DNA of 64,000 nucleotides from Vicugna vicugna (Eukaryota). Under the pieces are notes generated by a model that worked only from the letters and a program-made list of their open reading frames with translations, was not told the DNA's origin and searched no databases. Location of the stretch: NCBI GenBank assembly GCA_013265495.1, contig MU061560.1, positions 1,054,001 to 1,118,000 of the forward strand, written 5' to 3'. The position numbers and the translations under genes are program-made. Shown in pieces: positions 25,348 through 39,978 of this stretch (positions within the stretch are counted from its first letter, which is position 1; the number at the start of each line of letters is the position of its first letter).

Positions 25348-27944
25348 AAAATTGCAACCCACCCTTCCTAGCATCCATGATTACTCAAATCTGTTTCTTC
25401 ATACTAAGTTTAATAAATTTTTATTTATTACCATTATCAGACTCTACCATATATATTTTCTCTATTAACTATGTATGATTATTGTCTGACTCTCTGATTA
25501 GAAGTCAGTTACTGTGAAATCACGGATTTTGATTATTTTCATATTTTTGATCACTGATGAATTTTGTCTCCAGAAGAATGGCTGACATCAAATAGTTGCT
25601 CAGAGGATATTTACTGGATGAACTAGTGAGTAAAGAATTTCCCCCATGTTGGAAAAATTACTGGCATTTACAGAAAAATATATTCTTTATGTTTGAAATA
25701 AATTAAAATATATATAAAGCCAAAAACTGTCACATCAAAATGCATTCTCTTAAAATACTCACAGTTTTGTTTTCTCTTAAATTTCTTTCTATGCATCAAA
25801 ATGTAACTGAGATGGAAGTTGAGACATCTACCAGCACTGCTGTGTGCTCATTTTCTTCAAAAGGCAGCTTACGTTATAAACCAAATCTTTTGCTTGCAAT
25901 TTCTCTTTAAAAATTATTTAAAAGCTAATTTTCTAACATCATTATGTGTTCTTCTGAAATGTGATTTTAAATGCAATATGTGACATAACTTATTTTGTTA
26001 AAGTTTTATTTTGGTATTCATGCTGTTTACTCAGTCCAACACTGTTTGCTATAAATAGGTGAGGTTTCTTACTTTATCTTAATTAATATTTTACCATATG
26101 TTATCTTGTTTATAATTTATTGTTTTTTAATGGTTTCTTATTGTTTTCCTTCTTTTTTATGGTCTTTTGCTATATTGACAATTTTGGTTTTTTCTCTTAA
26201 TTCAGAAGGTGTATTATCTGTTCCCATTATAATAATATCTGTTCTTAGGTAACTGTACTCTGTGATTTTCCTTTAATGATTGCATCTAAGCATTTTTTAG
26301 ACTCCATATATTACAACACATTCAATTTGCCTTTCTTCTTCTGTCTCTTTCCCTTTTAATTTCCAGTTTTTGCTAGTGAAATCTGAAATTTAAATCTATA
26401 TTATCATTTCATATTTTATATCTTCTCTCTCAAGATTTTTACATTATATTGTTTATAATAATTTAATACTTATTCAGTTTTTCTTAAAGATAATTTCTTT
26501 ATATTATTACTTCTCTATTCTTAAGATCTCTGCTTTTTTGTTTTTTTCCTCATTTTGTTGAATTACTTCCTCAAATACTTTGCATTAAGTCTACAAATAT
26601 ACTGTACTTTCTGAATATTTGTACACCTAAAATATCTTTTCCTGTCTTTACAGTTGAATACAATTCGGCCTTGTGTAAAAATTTTATCCTACTTTTTTCT
26701 CTGTAAAACTCAGAGATTATTTTTCTGTTTTCTGATCTTAAGAATAAGATCAAGTAAATCTGGGGATACATATACCCTGCACCATACCCACAATCTTAAG
26801 GGTTAAGAATGTGTAACTGTTAAAATATGCAAATTTTTTAAAGTACGGGTGATCAGTAATGTAAAAGATAAATCATGTTTCCATTTGCTTATGTGATAAG
26901 GTAAACACTGGAATATTTTCAGCCAGAAAGCAAACAAAAATAACAACTGATTTTCGTGCTTCAATCTTATCATCTCTGCCTGCTTACATTCTGCCTACAT
27001 GCTTGTTGAAGTGCACTTCCTTGTTTATGATGACATCGTGCAATATTATCATGGGAGTACACAAAATCTAAATTTCGGCTGTGGTTGGATATAATTTATT
27101 TCATGATACCTGCGATGACTTTAAAACTGCAAAAGCCTGTACTGACATTTTCACGGCAATTTCTGTGCATTCAGCTGCTAAGTCAAGAATGTGAAACAAA
27201 CAAATATTTTATTATTGTCAAGAAGTTTCCAGCTGGTGCCAGTATAATGAGACTATTTTGAGGTTCAAAATAAGGTTATAATTAGCCACGTTTTAAAAGT
27301 CATTGGAAACAAGGAAGAATTATTATCAACCAAAATTTATGTTTAAAGCAAGGAAACTTCAAAATAAAACATGAAAAAAAAGAAACCATGAAATTTTAAA
27401 ATATCTTGGTTCAGATTTTTCTCATCATTTTATATATAGGAGGTAGATTCCCCGTGTTTGGATCATTTGTTCTAATGTTAAACATTTACTCATGAAAAAT
27501 CATTATTTATGATATAAAACATTCTAATTTAAACAACAACAACATTGGAAAACTTCAGAAAATATAAAGGACATTAAATACTTTTAAAATCAATATAATT
27601 GAGGACTGAATTCCAATTTAATGGTAAAACTATTGCTGATAATGACAATTACAATCAAATTACCTTATCACTCATAACAGGTTAAACAGCTAGAATGCAC
27701 TTGAAATTCAGTTAGTACAATTACTCACATAATCATATCTATATTTAACAAAGACAATCTATTTCACTGGGAATATAATCCTTAAAAGGAGAACTATCCA
27801 GAGGTTTTAGTTTATAAGCTAATATTCCTATAAATTTGTACAAATTTAAAATAGAATAATAAGCACTGGAATGCTGCATGGCATTGTAACTAGATCCTTT
27901 TGGATTTATTTAGTAGTTCCTGGTGTATTTGACGAACAAGCAAG

Positions 27945-27956
27945 TGACAGCTGTCA
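27945..27956. promoter_or_regulatory. Palindromic TALE homeodomain (MEIS/PKNOX/TGIF) dimer site
   Basis: Exact TGACAGCTGTCA in non-repetitive DNA. Confidence 0.45.
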
Positions 27957-29329
27957 GTTCATGTAAGACAGCTGAATAAAATGTCAAAATATGCTTAAGA
28001 AGAGATTCTTAAATTTTACCGGTGTTGAAGAAACTGTTGGAAACAACTTGAAGAGGTTATTATAATGAATCTTAAATAAAGTTTAATTTAAATAAGATAT
28101 ATGATTATGTATATGGCATCTACATAAATTTGAATTTTATTGAGGTGAACAATCCATCATTTGGATTGAGTAATAGTGAAACTTTGTAAGGAATTCCAAA
28201 ATGTTCTGAACTTTAAAACAAAGTTTATGACACTATGCATCTGAGATATGATAGGCATTTTGTTTCCCAAAATATTTGTGAAGTAGGCAAAGGTGTATTA
28301 TGCAGGAAATAATACTGCTTGTTAAAAACAGATTGAATGTATATCATCATGGATTACATGAAACAAAACATATATTAAGGAAGGGCTGGGGATTTTGCTT
28401 TAAAGATGGCAAAGTAAAAAATACGGCCATTCCCCACTTCTTTTGAAAAGAAGCAGCGTTAAAGAGAAACAAAAGCATTGAGAAGGGTAAAGAGGCATTT
28501 ATACAAGAACAAAAGCCCAAAACCAAACTAACAAACAGAAAAACAAACACTAAAACTGTTATTGCAAAGTACTAGATTTATAAATAACAAAACACAATTT
28601 TTTAGGTTAAACATTTCATGAGACTATTTATAAACCATGCTTTGTTGTATAAGAACACTCTCCACAATCTCTACTCCGCTGCCAATTTTATGTCAGTTTT
28701 CTGGCCAACATTGCTACTATCATTGCTCTTTCTTTCATTTCCCCATAACTATGGACACTCTAGTGGTAAATGAAATGAACCAATTCTATTCAAAAGGGAA
28801 TATGGACATGGTGGACATGGGACAGTGGGAGAATTAACACCGACATAATTCTCGATCCTGGTAGAAGAGAGATTTAAAGAGATCAAAGCTTATTCATTCT
28901 GCCTGTATCATTTTATGTTATAAAATTAAATTTTTATCTCTGTTTAACAGATTCAATAAATGACAGTTGACCCACTGTTTTGTTTTGTGAACTGAGGATA
29001 TAATATGTAAGATATAACAGGATAAATGTTAATTAATGAATTTTTTAAAAAGCCTCAGTTGCACAGAACTGTCTTAATCATAATGTTTGGTTTGTAGACA
29101 GATTATCTTTCATTGGCCCATGCAAGGTCTTCTTTTATTCTATGTTTGTAGGTATGGTGCATATATATGCATTTATTAACATAAAGAACACCCATGAACT
29201 CAAATCTTAAGAACTGGACAATTTCTAATTATTCAGAACTATACATTTATTCATCCTTATTCTATTCTTCTAACTCCCACTTCCAAATAAATACTGTCCT
29301 GAACTTTCTGTTTGTCATTCTCTTGATTT

Positions 29330-30190
29330 TTTTTTTGGAAATACCTTTATTGGGATATAATTCATATATAAACAATTCATCCACATATAGTGTATAACTA
29401 AATGGTTTTTAGTGTATTCACGTATTTGTAAAACCTAACACCACAATCAACTTTAGAACATTTTCATCACCCCCAAAATTAATCCTGTTTCCTTTGCAGA
29501 GGGGATTTGGCCCCAGTCTCCTCATCCAAGGTAGCCCCAGACAACTCCAGATCTACTTTCTGTCTCTATAAATCTGCCTATTATAGACCTTCCATATAAA
29601 TGAATTCATACAATATATCATCTTTTGTGATTGTCTTCTTTCAGTTGTCACACGTTTCCAAGGTTTACCATGTTGTAGTACATACCACTACTTCATTCTT
29701 ATTTATTCCCGAATAATATTCTGTGTGTGGATACACCACTTTGTACTTTACTATTCATTAGCTGATGGGCATTTGGATTGTTGCCTCTGTTTTGCTTATA
29801 ATGAATAATGCTGCTATAAGCATTCATGTACGAGGGGTTTTTTGCACATTTTTTTTCTCTTGGGTGTATATTTAGGAGTAGATTTGCTGGGTCATATGGT
29901 AACTTTATGTGTAATATTTTGAGGAACTGTCAGACAGTTTTCCAAAGTGTGTGTACCATTTTACATTCCTACCAACTGTCAATGAAGATTTCGATTTTTC
30001 TGTATTTTGTCAACACTTGCTGTTATTCATCCTTTAAATTATTGACACTTTAGTGGGCATGAAGTGGTATATTGTGGTTTCAATTTCCATTTCCCTGATG
30101 ACTGATGATTCTGAACACTTTTTCCAGTGCTCATTGGCCACTTGCATATCTTTTTTTGGAAAAATGTCTTTTTATATCTCTTGCCCATTT
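29330..30190 (-). mobile_element. Older LINE-1 3' region (L1MB-like)
   Basis: ttagaacattttcatcaccccc...gctgggtcatatggtaactttatg...catttccctgatgactgatgat. Confidence 0.88.
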
Positions 30191-30451
30191 TATTTTTCTA
30201 TTTTATTTTATTCTTTATTGACGTATGATTGATTTACAACATTGTGTTAGTTCCAAGTGTACAACAATGTGATTCAGTTATACTATATAGATATAATTTT
30301 TCAGATTATTTTCCATTATAGGTTATAACAAGATACTGAATATGGTTCCCTGTGCTATATAGTAGGTCCTTGTGGTTAATCTATTTTATATATAGTAGTA
30401 TGTGTCTGTTGATCCTAGACTTCTAATTTATACCTTTCCCCCTTTCCCCTT
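30191..30451 (-). mobile_element. LINE-1 3' terminus, probably the non-inverted part of a twin-primed L1
   Basis: T-rich tail, then gatttacaacattgtgttag...ccctgtgctatatagtagg...tcccctttcccctt. Confidence 0.9.
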
Positions 30452-33400
30452 TAGAAGATTCAAAGGCAGCAAGAGAAAAACAAAGAGACAGGTAAAAGGG
30501 AACCCCCATAAGGCTATCAATTGATTTTCTACACAAACTGCAGGCCAGAAAAGAGTAGCAAGATATATTCAAAGTCCTAAAAGAGAAAATCCTGCAGCCA
30601 AGGGTACTCCACACAGCAAGATTCATTTAGACTAGAAGGAGAGATAAAGAATCTCTCAGACAAACAAAAACTCAGAGAATACAGTGATACTTAATTTATC
30701 CTAAAATAAATATTGAGAAGACTTTTCTAAATAGAAAAGAAGAAAGAAAAGAGAAAATCAAAATTGGAAATGTGATAACTACAATGAACAGGGGAAAATA
30801 AATATGAAGATTTAAAAGAGGGCATCAAAATCATAAAATATAAGGGAGGGGTGTATAAAAATGTAGATTTTTTCCTTTTTTTTTTTTAATAATGTGTTTG
30901 AGTCTATATGCCTACCAGTCTAAAGCAAGTAGATATAGTATGGGTTAACATACTTGAAAAGCATGTTAACCTCAAATCAAAAACATGCAATAGTCACAAA
31001 AGCCAAAAAGAAAATAACATAAGCATAATTCAAAAGAAAATTATCAAACCACAAAAGGAAAAGGAAAAAGAAAAAGAAAGGAACAAAGAAGAAATATAAA
31101 ATTAACTGAAAAAAAACAAGATTTAAAATTACAATAAATACATATCTATAATTATGTTAAATGTCAATGGACTAAATGCTCCAATGAAAAGACACAAAAT
31201 GACAAATTGGATAACAAAACAAGAGCCTTCAGTATGCTGCCCAGAAGCGATCAACTTTAGGATGACAGACATACATAGATTGAAAGTGAAGGGATGGAAA
31301 AAGATACTTCATGCAAGTGGAAATGACAAGGTGGGTAGCACTACTCATATGAGAAAAAAATAGACTTTAAAACGAAGGCTATAAAGTTAAAGAAGGATAC
31401 TATACAGTAATAAAAAGATCATTACAAGAAAAGGATAGTATACTCATTAACATATATACAATCAATATAGGAGAATCTGAATACATAAAACAAATACTAA
31501 CAGACATAAAGAGAGAAATTGATGGGAATCCAATAACTTAGGAGACTTTAACACCCCACTAACATCAATGGACAGATCTTCCAGACATAATAATAAAAAA
31601 GGACCAGAGATCCTAAATGATACAGTAGAACAGTTGGACTTACTTGTTCTTTTCAGGATATTACATTAAAAAAAAAAAACCGAATATACATTCTTTTCAA
31701 GTGCACATGGAACATTTTCTAGGATAGACCACATACTTGAACACAAAACAAGCCTAAATGAATTTAAAAGGATAGAAATTATTTCAAGCATCTTTTCTGA
31801 CCACAGCGGCATGAAACTAGAAATCAAGCACAGAAAGGAAAATGAGAAAAAAAAAAAAAAAGATTACATTGAGAGTAAAAGACGTACTAAAAAACCAGTG
31901 GGTCCAGGTTGAAATCAAAGGGGAAATTAAAAAAATACCTTGAGACAAATGATAATGAAAGCACAGCCACACAAAGCCTATGGGATGCAGCAAAAGCAGT
32001 TCTAAGAGGGAATTTGATACTGATACAGGTCTTCCTCAAAAAACTAATCAAAAAATCTCAAATAAACAATGCAACTTATTATCTAAAAGAATTAGAAAAG
32101 GAAGAACAAACAAAACCTAAAGTCAGCAGAAAGAAAGAAAGAATGAAGATCAAGAAGGAAGGAAATAAATATTTAGAAATTAAAAAAAATAGAACAAATC
32201 AATAAAATCAAGAGCTGGGGTTTTGAAAGGGTAAACAAAATGGACAAACATCTGGCCAGGCTCATCAAGAAGAAAAGAGAAAGGACCTAAATAAACAAAA
32301 CTAAGAAATGAAAGAGGAGAAATTACAACCAATACCTCAGAAATACAACAAACCAGGAGAGACTATTAGGAACAATTATATGCCAACAAATTGGACAACC
32401 TAAAAAAAAAAAAAAGGACAAGTTTCTAGAAACATACAGTCCACCAAAACTGAATAAAGAAGAAATAGATCATTTGAACAGACTGATCACTAGAAGTGAA
32501 ATAGTATCTATAATTTAAAAACAAACAAACAAAACCTCCCTGCAAACACAAGTCCAGGACAAGATGGCTTCACTGAGGACTTCTACTAAACATACAAAGA
32601 AAAACTTACATGGATCGTTCTCAAACTCTTACAAAAGACTGAAGAGGAGGGAACACTCCCAAACTCATACTATGAAGCCACCAGCACCCTGATACCAAAA
32701 TCAGACAGACACCACCAAACAGTAAACTATAGACCAATATCTTTGATGAATATAGATGCAAGAACACTAAACAAAATATTAGCAAACTAAACCTAAAAAC
32801 ACATGAAAAAAGGTCATAGACTACAAATAAGTTGGATTCATTTGAGGTACACAAGGATTGTTCAATGTATGGAAATCAGTGTGATACACCACGTCAACAA
32901 AAGGACAGAAAATACACGATCATCTCAACAGGTGCAGAAAAAAAGATTCTGATAAAATTCAACATTTATTCATGATAAACTTACCAAGTTAGGTATAGGG
33001 GAAACATACCTCAAACTAGCACAAGCTGTTTATGACAAACCCACAGCCATACAATACTCAACAGGGAGAAATGGAAAGCCTTCCCCCTGAAAGCTGGAGC
33101 AGGACAAGGCTGCCCACTCGCACCACTGCTATTCCACATAGCGTTGGAAGTCCTGGCCACAGCAACCAGACAAGAGACAGACGTAAAATGGATTCGAATT
33201 GGAAAGGAAGGGGTAAAATTGTCATTATACGCAGATGACATCATATTATGTATAGAAAAGCCTAATGACACCACATAACAACTAGAGCTGATAAATGAAT
33301 TCAACAAGATAGCAGGACGCAAGGTTAACATACAGAAATTTACTGCATTGCTTTACACTTGAAATGTTAGAAAAAATAGTTTTAAAAAATTCTTTTAAAA

Positions 33401-34770
33401 TTGCACCAAAAAATACTTAGGAATAAACCTGATCAAGGGAGTGAAAGACTTATACGCAGAGAAAGTAAAATACTAATAAAGAAAATTAAATATGTTTTAA
33501 AGAAATGGAAAGGTATCCTATGCTCTTGGATTGGAAGAATTAATATTGTTAAAATAGCCATACTACCCAAAGCAATCTATAGATTTAATGCAATTCCTAT
33601 CAAATTACTCAGGACATTTTTCACAGAACTAGAACAAATAATCCTAAAATTTACATGGAAGCACAAAAACCCAGAATTGCCAAAGCAATCCTGAAGAAAA
33701 AGAACAAGCTGGAGGCATAACCCTCTCAGATCTCAGACAGCACTACAAAGCTAGAGCAATCAAAACACAGTGCTGTTGGCACAGAGACAGACACATGGAT
33801 CAATGGAACAGAATAGAGAGCTCAGAAGTAAACTCACACAGTTACGGTCAATTAATCTTTGACAAAGTAGGCAAGAATATACAATGGAGAAAAGATTGTC
33901 TCTTTGTCAAGTTGTGTTGGGAAAGCTGAACAGCAGCATGTAAATTAATAAAGTTAGAACATTCCCCCACACCATAAACAAAAATAAACTCAAAATGGCT
34001 TTATGACTTACACATAAGTCAGGACACCATAAACCTCCTAGAAGATAACACAGGCAAAACATTCTCTGATATAAATCGTAGCCATGTTTTCCTAGGTCAG
34101 TCTTCAAAGACAATAGAAATAAAAGCAAAAATTAAGAAATGAGAGCTAATTAAACTTAAAAGCTTTTCATAGCAAAGGAAACAATAAGCAAATCCAAAAG
34201 AAAACCTACAGACTGGGAGAAAATGTTTGCAAACAGTGCAACTGACAAGGGCATAATTTTAAGAATGTACAACAGCTCATACAGCTCAATAACAAACAAT
34301 AAACAACCCACTCAAAGAAATGGGCGGAAGACCTAACAAAACAGACATTTCTCCAATGAAGACATACGGATAGCCAATAGGTACGTGAAAAGATGCTCAG
34401 TATCGCTAACATCAGAGAAATGCAAATCAAAACTACAATGAGGTATCACCTCACCCTATTCAGAATGGCCACCAGCAAAAAGTCTACAAGAAAGAAATCC
34501 TGGAGAGGTTGTGGGGGAAAGAGGCCCCTCTTACACTGCTGGTGGGGATTTAAATTGGAGCAGCCACTATGGAAAACAGTATGAAGTTTTCTTAAAAAAC
34601 TAAAAATATAGTTATGTGATCTAGGAATCCCAACCTGGGCATATACCTGGAGAAAACTCTGGTTTGAAAAGATACATGGACCCCAATGTTCATAGCAGCA
34701 TTATTTACAATAGCCAAGACATGGAAGCAACCTAAATAGCCATGGATAGATGACTGGATAAGAAGTTGTT
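30452..34770 (+). mobile_element. LINE-1: end of ORF1, degraded full ORF2, start of 3' UTR
   Basis: Peptides LNVNGLNAP (endonuclease), LWDAAKAVLRG, tacgcagatgac (YADD, RT), [26 protein letters not shown]; multiple frameshifts. Confidence 0.97.
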
Positions 34771-34814
<44 letters not shown>

Positions 34815-34846
34815 AAATAATATATATATATATTATATCTATATAT
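34771..34846. repeat. (TG)n / (TA)n microsatellite
   Basis: (TG)14 at 34781-34808 followed by a TA-rich run. Confidence 0.95.
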
Positions 34847-36240
34847 GGTACTGGCACAAAAACAGACACATAGATTAAGAGAACAAGACAGAAAACATGG
34901 AAATAAACCCACACACTCGTGCACTTACGGTCAATTGATCTATGACAAAGGAGGCAAGAATATACAATGGAGAAAAGACAGTCTCTTCAATATGTGGTGC
35001 TGGGAAAACTGGACAGCTACCTGTGAAAGAATGAAATTGGAACATTCTCTAAAGCCATGTACAAAAATAAACTCAAAATTGATTAAAGACCTAAACGTTA
35101 AGACCAGATACTATAAAACTCTTACAGGAAAACAGGCAGAACAATCTTTGATATAAATCACAGTAATATTTTTTTGCTCTCTCTCCTAAAGTAAAGGAAA
35201 TAAAAGCAAAAATAAACAAACGGGACCTAATCAAACTTAAAAGCTTTTGCACAGCAAAGAAAACCATTGAAAAAACAAAAAGACAACCTACTAAATGGGC
35301 AAAAATTTTTGCAAATGATATATCTGATAAAGCATTAATATCCAACATATATAAACAGCTCATACAACCCTACATCAAAAACAAACAACTGGAATAAAAA
35401 ATGGGCAGAAGAATTGAATAGATATTTTTCCAAAGAGGGATGCAGATGGCTAAAAAGTACATGAAAAGATGCTCAACATTGCCAATTATCAGGGAAATGC
35501 AAATCAAAATCACATTAGTATGTCACTTCACACCTGCCAAAATGGCTATCATCCAAAAGAACACAAATAACAAATGTTGGTGAAGATGTGGTGAAAAGGG
35601 AGCCTTTTTACATAGTTGGTGGGAATCATGCAGCCACTGTGGGAAACAATATGCAGGTTTCTCAAAAAACTAAAAATAGAACTACTGCATGACCCAGCAA
35701 TTCAACTCCTGGGTTTATATCTGAAAAAAACTAAAACACTAATTCAAAAAGATACATGCACCCCAATGTTCATAGCATAATTATTTACAACTGCCAAGAT
35801 ACGTATGGCAATGACTTTAGTGTTCTTCAACAGATGTCTGGATGAAGATATACACAATGGAATATTACTTAGTCATAAAAATGAACAAGATTTTGCCATC
35901 TGCAGCAAAATGGATGGATGGATGGACTTGGAGGGCATTATGCTAAGTGAATTAAGTCAGACAGAGAAAGACAAATACTGTATGATGTCACTTACATGTG
36001 GAATCTAAAAATATAACCAACTAGTGAATATAACAAAAAAGCAGCAGACTCACAGATATAAAAAACAAACTAATGATTACCAATAGGGGTGGGGGGCAAT
36101 ACAGGGGTGGGGCAGTGGGTGGTTCAAATTCTTGGGTGTTAGATGAACTCACGGATATACTGTATAATATGAAGAATATAGCCAATATTTTTAAATAACT
36201 GTAAATAAAAATAACATTTAAAATTCTATTAAAAAAGAAA
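34845..36240 (+). mobile_element. Second, 5'-truncated LINE-1 with complete 3' end
   Basis: Restarts earlier in ORF2 ([29 protein letters not shown]); G-rich 3' UTR tract; A tail near 36231. Confidence 0.95.
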
Positions 36241-37441
36241 TCATTCTCTCTAAATCATTCATACTTTATAATAGAATCTTGAAAGTTTTTGTTTGGCTTT
36301 TAATGCCATTTCACGCTGAATTTAGTATGCAGATTGAAAGGGGGATTGGAATTTGTAATTCCCCCTACAGATAATCTTTCTTATAGCTGTAATTATTAAA
36401 CAAATAGTTCCATTTTCTTCCCATGTGCCCTCTCACCTATCTAATTTCTATATCTGCTTGACATGTTTTACTCTATTTGTTTTGCCAATTTGTCTATCCT
36501 CATGCTAGTATGACATGTCTTAATTACAATAACTTCAGAATAAGTGTAAGTCTCACCACTTCCTGTCTTTCTTTTTCAGCAGTATGGCTGTTCAGAGACC
36601 TCTATTTCTCCATACGCATTTAAGAATCAGCTTGTCAAATTTCATTAAAAGAAAATTTAAAGACTCACTGGGATTTTAATTGAAGTTGTTTTGAAATGTT
36701 GAGTTGCTTTAGATCAATTTGGAGGAATTTTAAGTCTTTACATTTTTAAGACATTCTACATTTAAGAAGCCAGAAAGTTTCAGCCAGGTGTGCCTACAAA
36801 AAGATCAGGTCTTGGTCTTCCACAAGCTCTACAGGTTTAAGCCCTGTTGTATCTGAATTTAATTTCTATGTATGATATGAGACAGGAGTCAAATGTTTTT
36901 CTTATGGATTCACAGTTGGTCCAGTATCATTCTTTTCCCCTTTAAGATTCATTTATGGTTTTCACGGAAGGATATGGATGCACAGAGATGCATTTTCTAG
37001 AGGTGGACCTAACAGCACTGGGTAGCAGACAGTGACAACTATGAGAATCTGGAGGCTTTTAAACCAATTAACAAGATTCATAGAATGCAGTCAAGAGGAT
37101 TCATGGCTTGAACCAGAATAGTGTTAATGGAAAAATAATTTTTAATGAGAGGTGATCCTTCTTTTCTGTTCTTTGTTCTTTTTTGTCAGATCAGTGTCAA
37201 GTTGATATCTGAGGGGAGTTCCTTCTTCCTAGCAAAGTGATCTATACCTATTCCTGTCTTATGACTCTTAAAAATATTTATTACATTCATATTTGTTAGG
37301 TATTAATGATGGGAATGATTCTGGTCATAGAAGTAGTACCTACTGTGTGCCTAGTGCATTGACCTGTTATAACAATGACACGTTAACTAATCGATAGCTC
37401 CGGCAGATACAACTGATCTCACCTTTATAGATGACCTTTAT

Positions 37442-37589
37442 TTTTATTTTGCTATTTTGTTTTTGTTTTTTGTTTGTTTTTATTTTTAATTTTTATTTTT
37501 TTTATTGAGTTATAGTCAGTTTACCGTGTTGTATCTATTTCTGGTGTATAGCACAATGCTTCAGTCATACAGGAATGATCATATATTCA
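37442..37589 (-). mobile_element. Very short LINE-1 3' terminal insertion
   Basis: T-rich tail plus attgagttatagtcagtttacc...; TSD ttataga(t/c)ga(c/a)ctttat at 37425-37441 and 37590-37606. Confidence 0.88.
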
Positions 37590-39978
37590 TTATAGACGAA
37601 CTTTATAGATGAGTAAAGATTGGTAAAGTTTATACGTATTTCATCTTGGTGATTTATCTAAAGAGGCAAAAAAGACAACAGAGCGTCCTTTGTTTCATGG
37701 CATGTTTTAGAGTGTTATACTGAAAAAGGATCAGGTTGCTTGTGCATATAGTTTGAGGACCAAAGATCTAGACTTGAGGACCAGTCCCGCCACCTACCAT
37801 ATGACCTGGGGCTTTCATTTAACCACTCTTAACCACAATCATCATTTCTGTAAAACGAGAGTTAAAAAAAAACCCACACACCTTTTTTGGTAAGAATTAA
37901 GAAACAGCAAATGTGAAAATATTTTAAAATTGTATAAATATTAGCTTGTATATTTCATGACATGTAGAGGATAAAAGTCCAGACTTTGGCAATGAGTTTT
38001 GTTCAAAGCTGTGCTCTGCAATTAAAACCAAAAAAATCTCCTCCAATTCTTGACTCCAGCTTTCAATTACTGCTTCTGGTTAAGGTACCGCTGTAGCTTT
38101 CATGCTGCTCCCTTGTTTTTCACTAGTTTAAGGTGGTTCAATTCAGATGCTCCTGGTGGCATCATTTATATAGACTAGTGTGGCCAGTGCTTTCAGGTGT
38201 TGGTGGCCTGTCTCATGTTTTCAGTACAATTCTTTCCTGTTAGTTCCTTTACTTTCTGGTTTGAGTTCCAGTCACCAACTCAAGTCTACCTTCCCATTTA
38301 AAGTACAATTTTCAATCATATATGTCCTGAAAAATTATTTTAAAAAAGCAGAAAATTAAAAAAAAAAAACCCAAAATCTTGCTGATGGAAATGCACACAA
38401 GCTAAACAGTTAGACTCACTAAGTGCATTCACAGTGGGAACTGATTCCATTCTGAATGATTTTTTTCATTTGAAGGAAAACTGGGCTTGAAAAACATGGA
38501 AACGATCAAGGGTCCTATCTGTGGTTACTGTTCAAATTTTTTATTCTGTTTTCTGTTGACACTGATGGATGTATCTTCTCTTTGTTCCATTCAATTTTAT
38601 GAGGGTGAACTGAATTGACAGAAATCAAATATAACACAAAAGTGAATTTAAAAATAGCATAAAAAAAGCATAAATAATGGCTTATCCGTGAATGAATGCC
38701 TTCAAATCCTTTCAGATACAGGGGTAGTTATAGCCCAGAATGGTCTATATCATTGTAAAGATAATCATGCTTTTTAAGATAAAAATGATAACTTTTTATT
38801 GTACTTTGCTTTGTATTCCTCACATATATTTTTCATTCATATAGACTATATAAATTGCCTTTATACATTATAGCCTGACATTATAAGCCGCCTGCCTTGC
38901 GTATAGTATTGGAAATAAGTTTGAGATGTAGTCATATAAAGAATATGAATGCATTTAAAAAATGAAACAAAAACCTTTAAAAATGGATAAGGAAGACAAC
39001 TCCAACAGAAGAATGGGAAAAGTCTTAGGTAATGGAATCCATATTTCCTATCAATATATATATGAAATGATTAATACCCCTGGATAGACAATAAATATAA
39101 ATGAAAAGATTTATAAAATATTATTTTTGTTGTGTTCAAGTTGGCAAAGATTCAAATAATAATATTAAGTATTAACCAAGGTAACTGGAAACTCTCATAG
39201 ATTATTAGTGGAAATATAAATTTTAAATCAGTGTAAATATAAACACTTCCTGGGGACATAATTGGGAGTACTAATAAAAACTCTTTAAAAGAAGTCATTT
39301 GACTAAAGTTTTTAGAAGCAACTTACATTTCATTCAGGTTCCTCATACTTTTTGGATGTAGGAACTTAAGCAAGGACAGAGAAGTCAGATCACTGACTTT
39401 TCTTTATTCTGCTTTCCACACAGAGGCAAAGGCTTATTTGTTTGCTGCTGCTTATGAATTCTATTTTTTTTAAACAATGACTCTAGGTATAGAACACCTG
39501 TTTTATCAACAATTATGATTTGAGGCAGTGCTGTGTTGACTGCCTAAAACTAGTTGCTACACTTACATTCCTTATAAAAACATTTTTGAACAAATAAACA
39601 AGATAACTGGTATACTCCGGCTACTCCATCACCTGGCAAAGGTATTTATAGGGACTCTTTGTAGATGAAACAAATGTAGCTAATATGTGTAAATGGCATT
39701 TACCTCTTTTAACACTTGACTAGTGATTGTTTCATTACTCCTTAATGGAAAAAATCTAGGACCTTAAATTAATACTTTTGTAAAAAACGGTATGTAGTAA
39801 GTGAGGTTTTTTAAGATATATTCAGTAGCTCATTACTGAATTATTGATAAATTAATCACACTGCTTTCTAATGAATGCTAAAAATAATGACTACTAAAGA
39901 AAAAGCAACACAATGGTCTCAAAATTAAATCTAGAAAACGTATTTTCTTCAAACAAGAAAAAAATAATTTATAATCAC

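Larger units (their letters stand above)
22470..25625 (+). mobile_element. Long fragmented LINE-2 remnant with nested younger insertions
   Basis: Pyrimidine-rich L2 motifs (ttccactgaaactgtgcttaaggtcacaagtcacttcc; tctctcacctagattg; terminal gatatttactggatgaa). Confidence 0.75.

Noticed and set aside
30452..34770. Active L1 or functional reverse transcriptase
   Set aside because: No 5' UTR, truncated ORF1, and ORF2 broken by many stops and frameshifts.
36084..36124. G-quadruplex-forming tract
   Set aside because: It is the ordinary G-rich tract of the L1 3' UTR.
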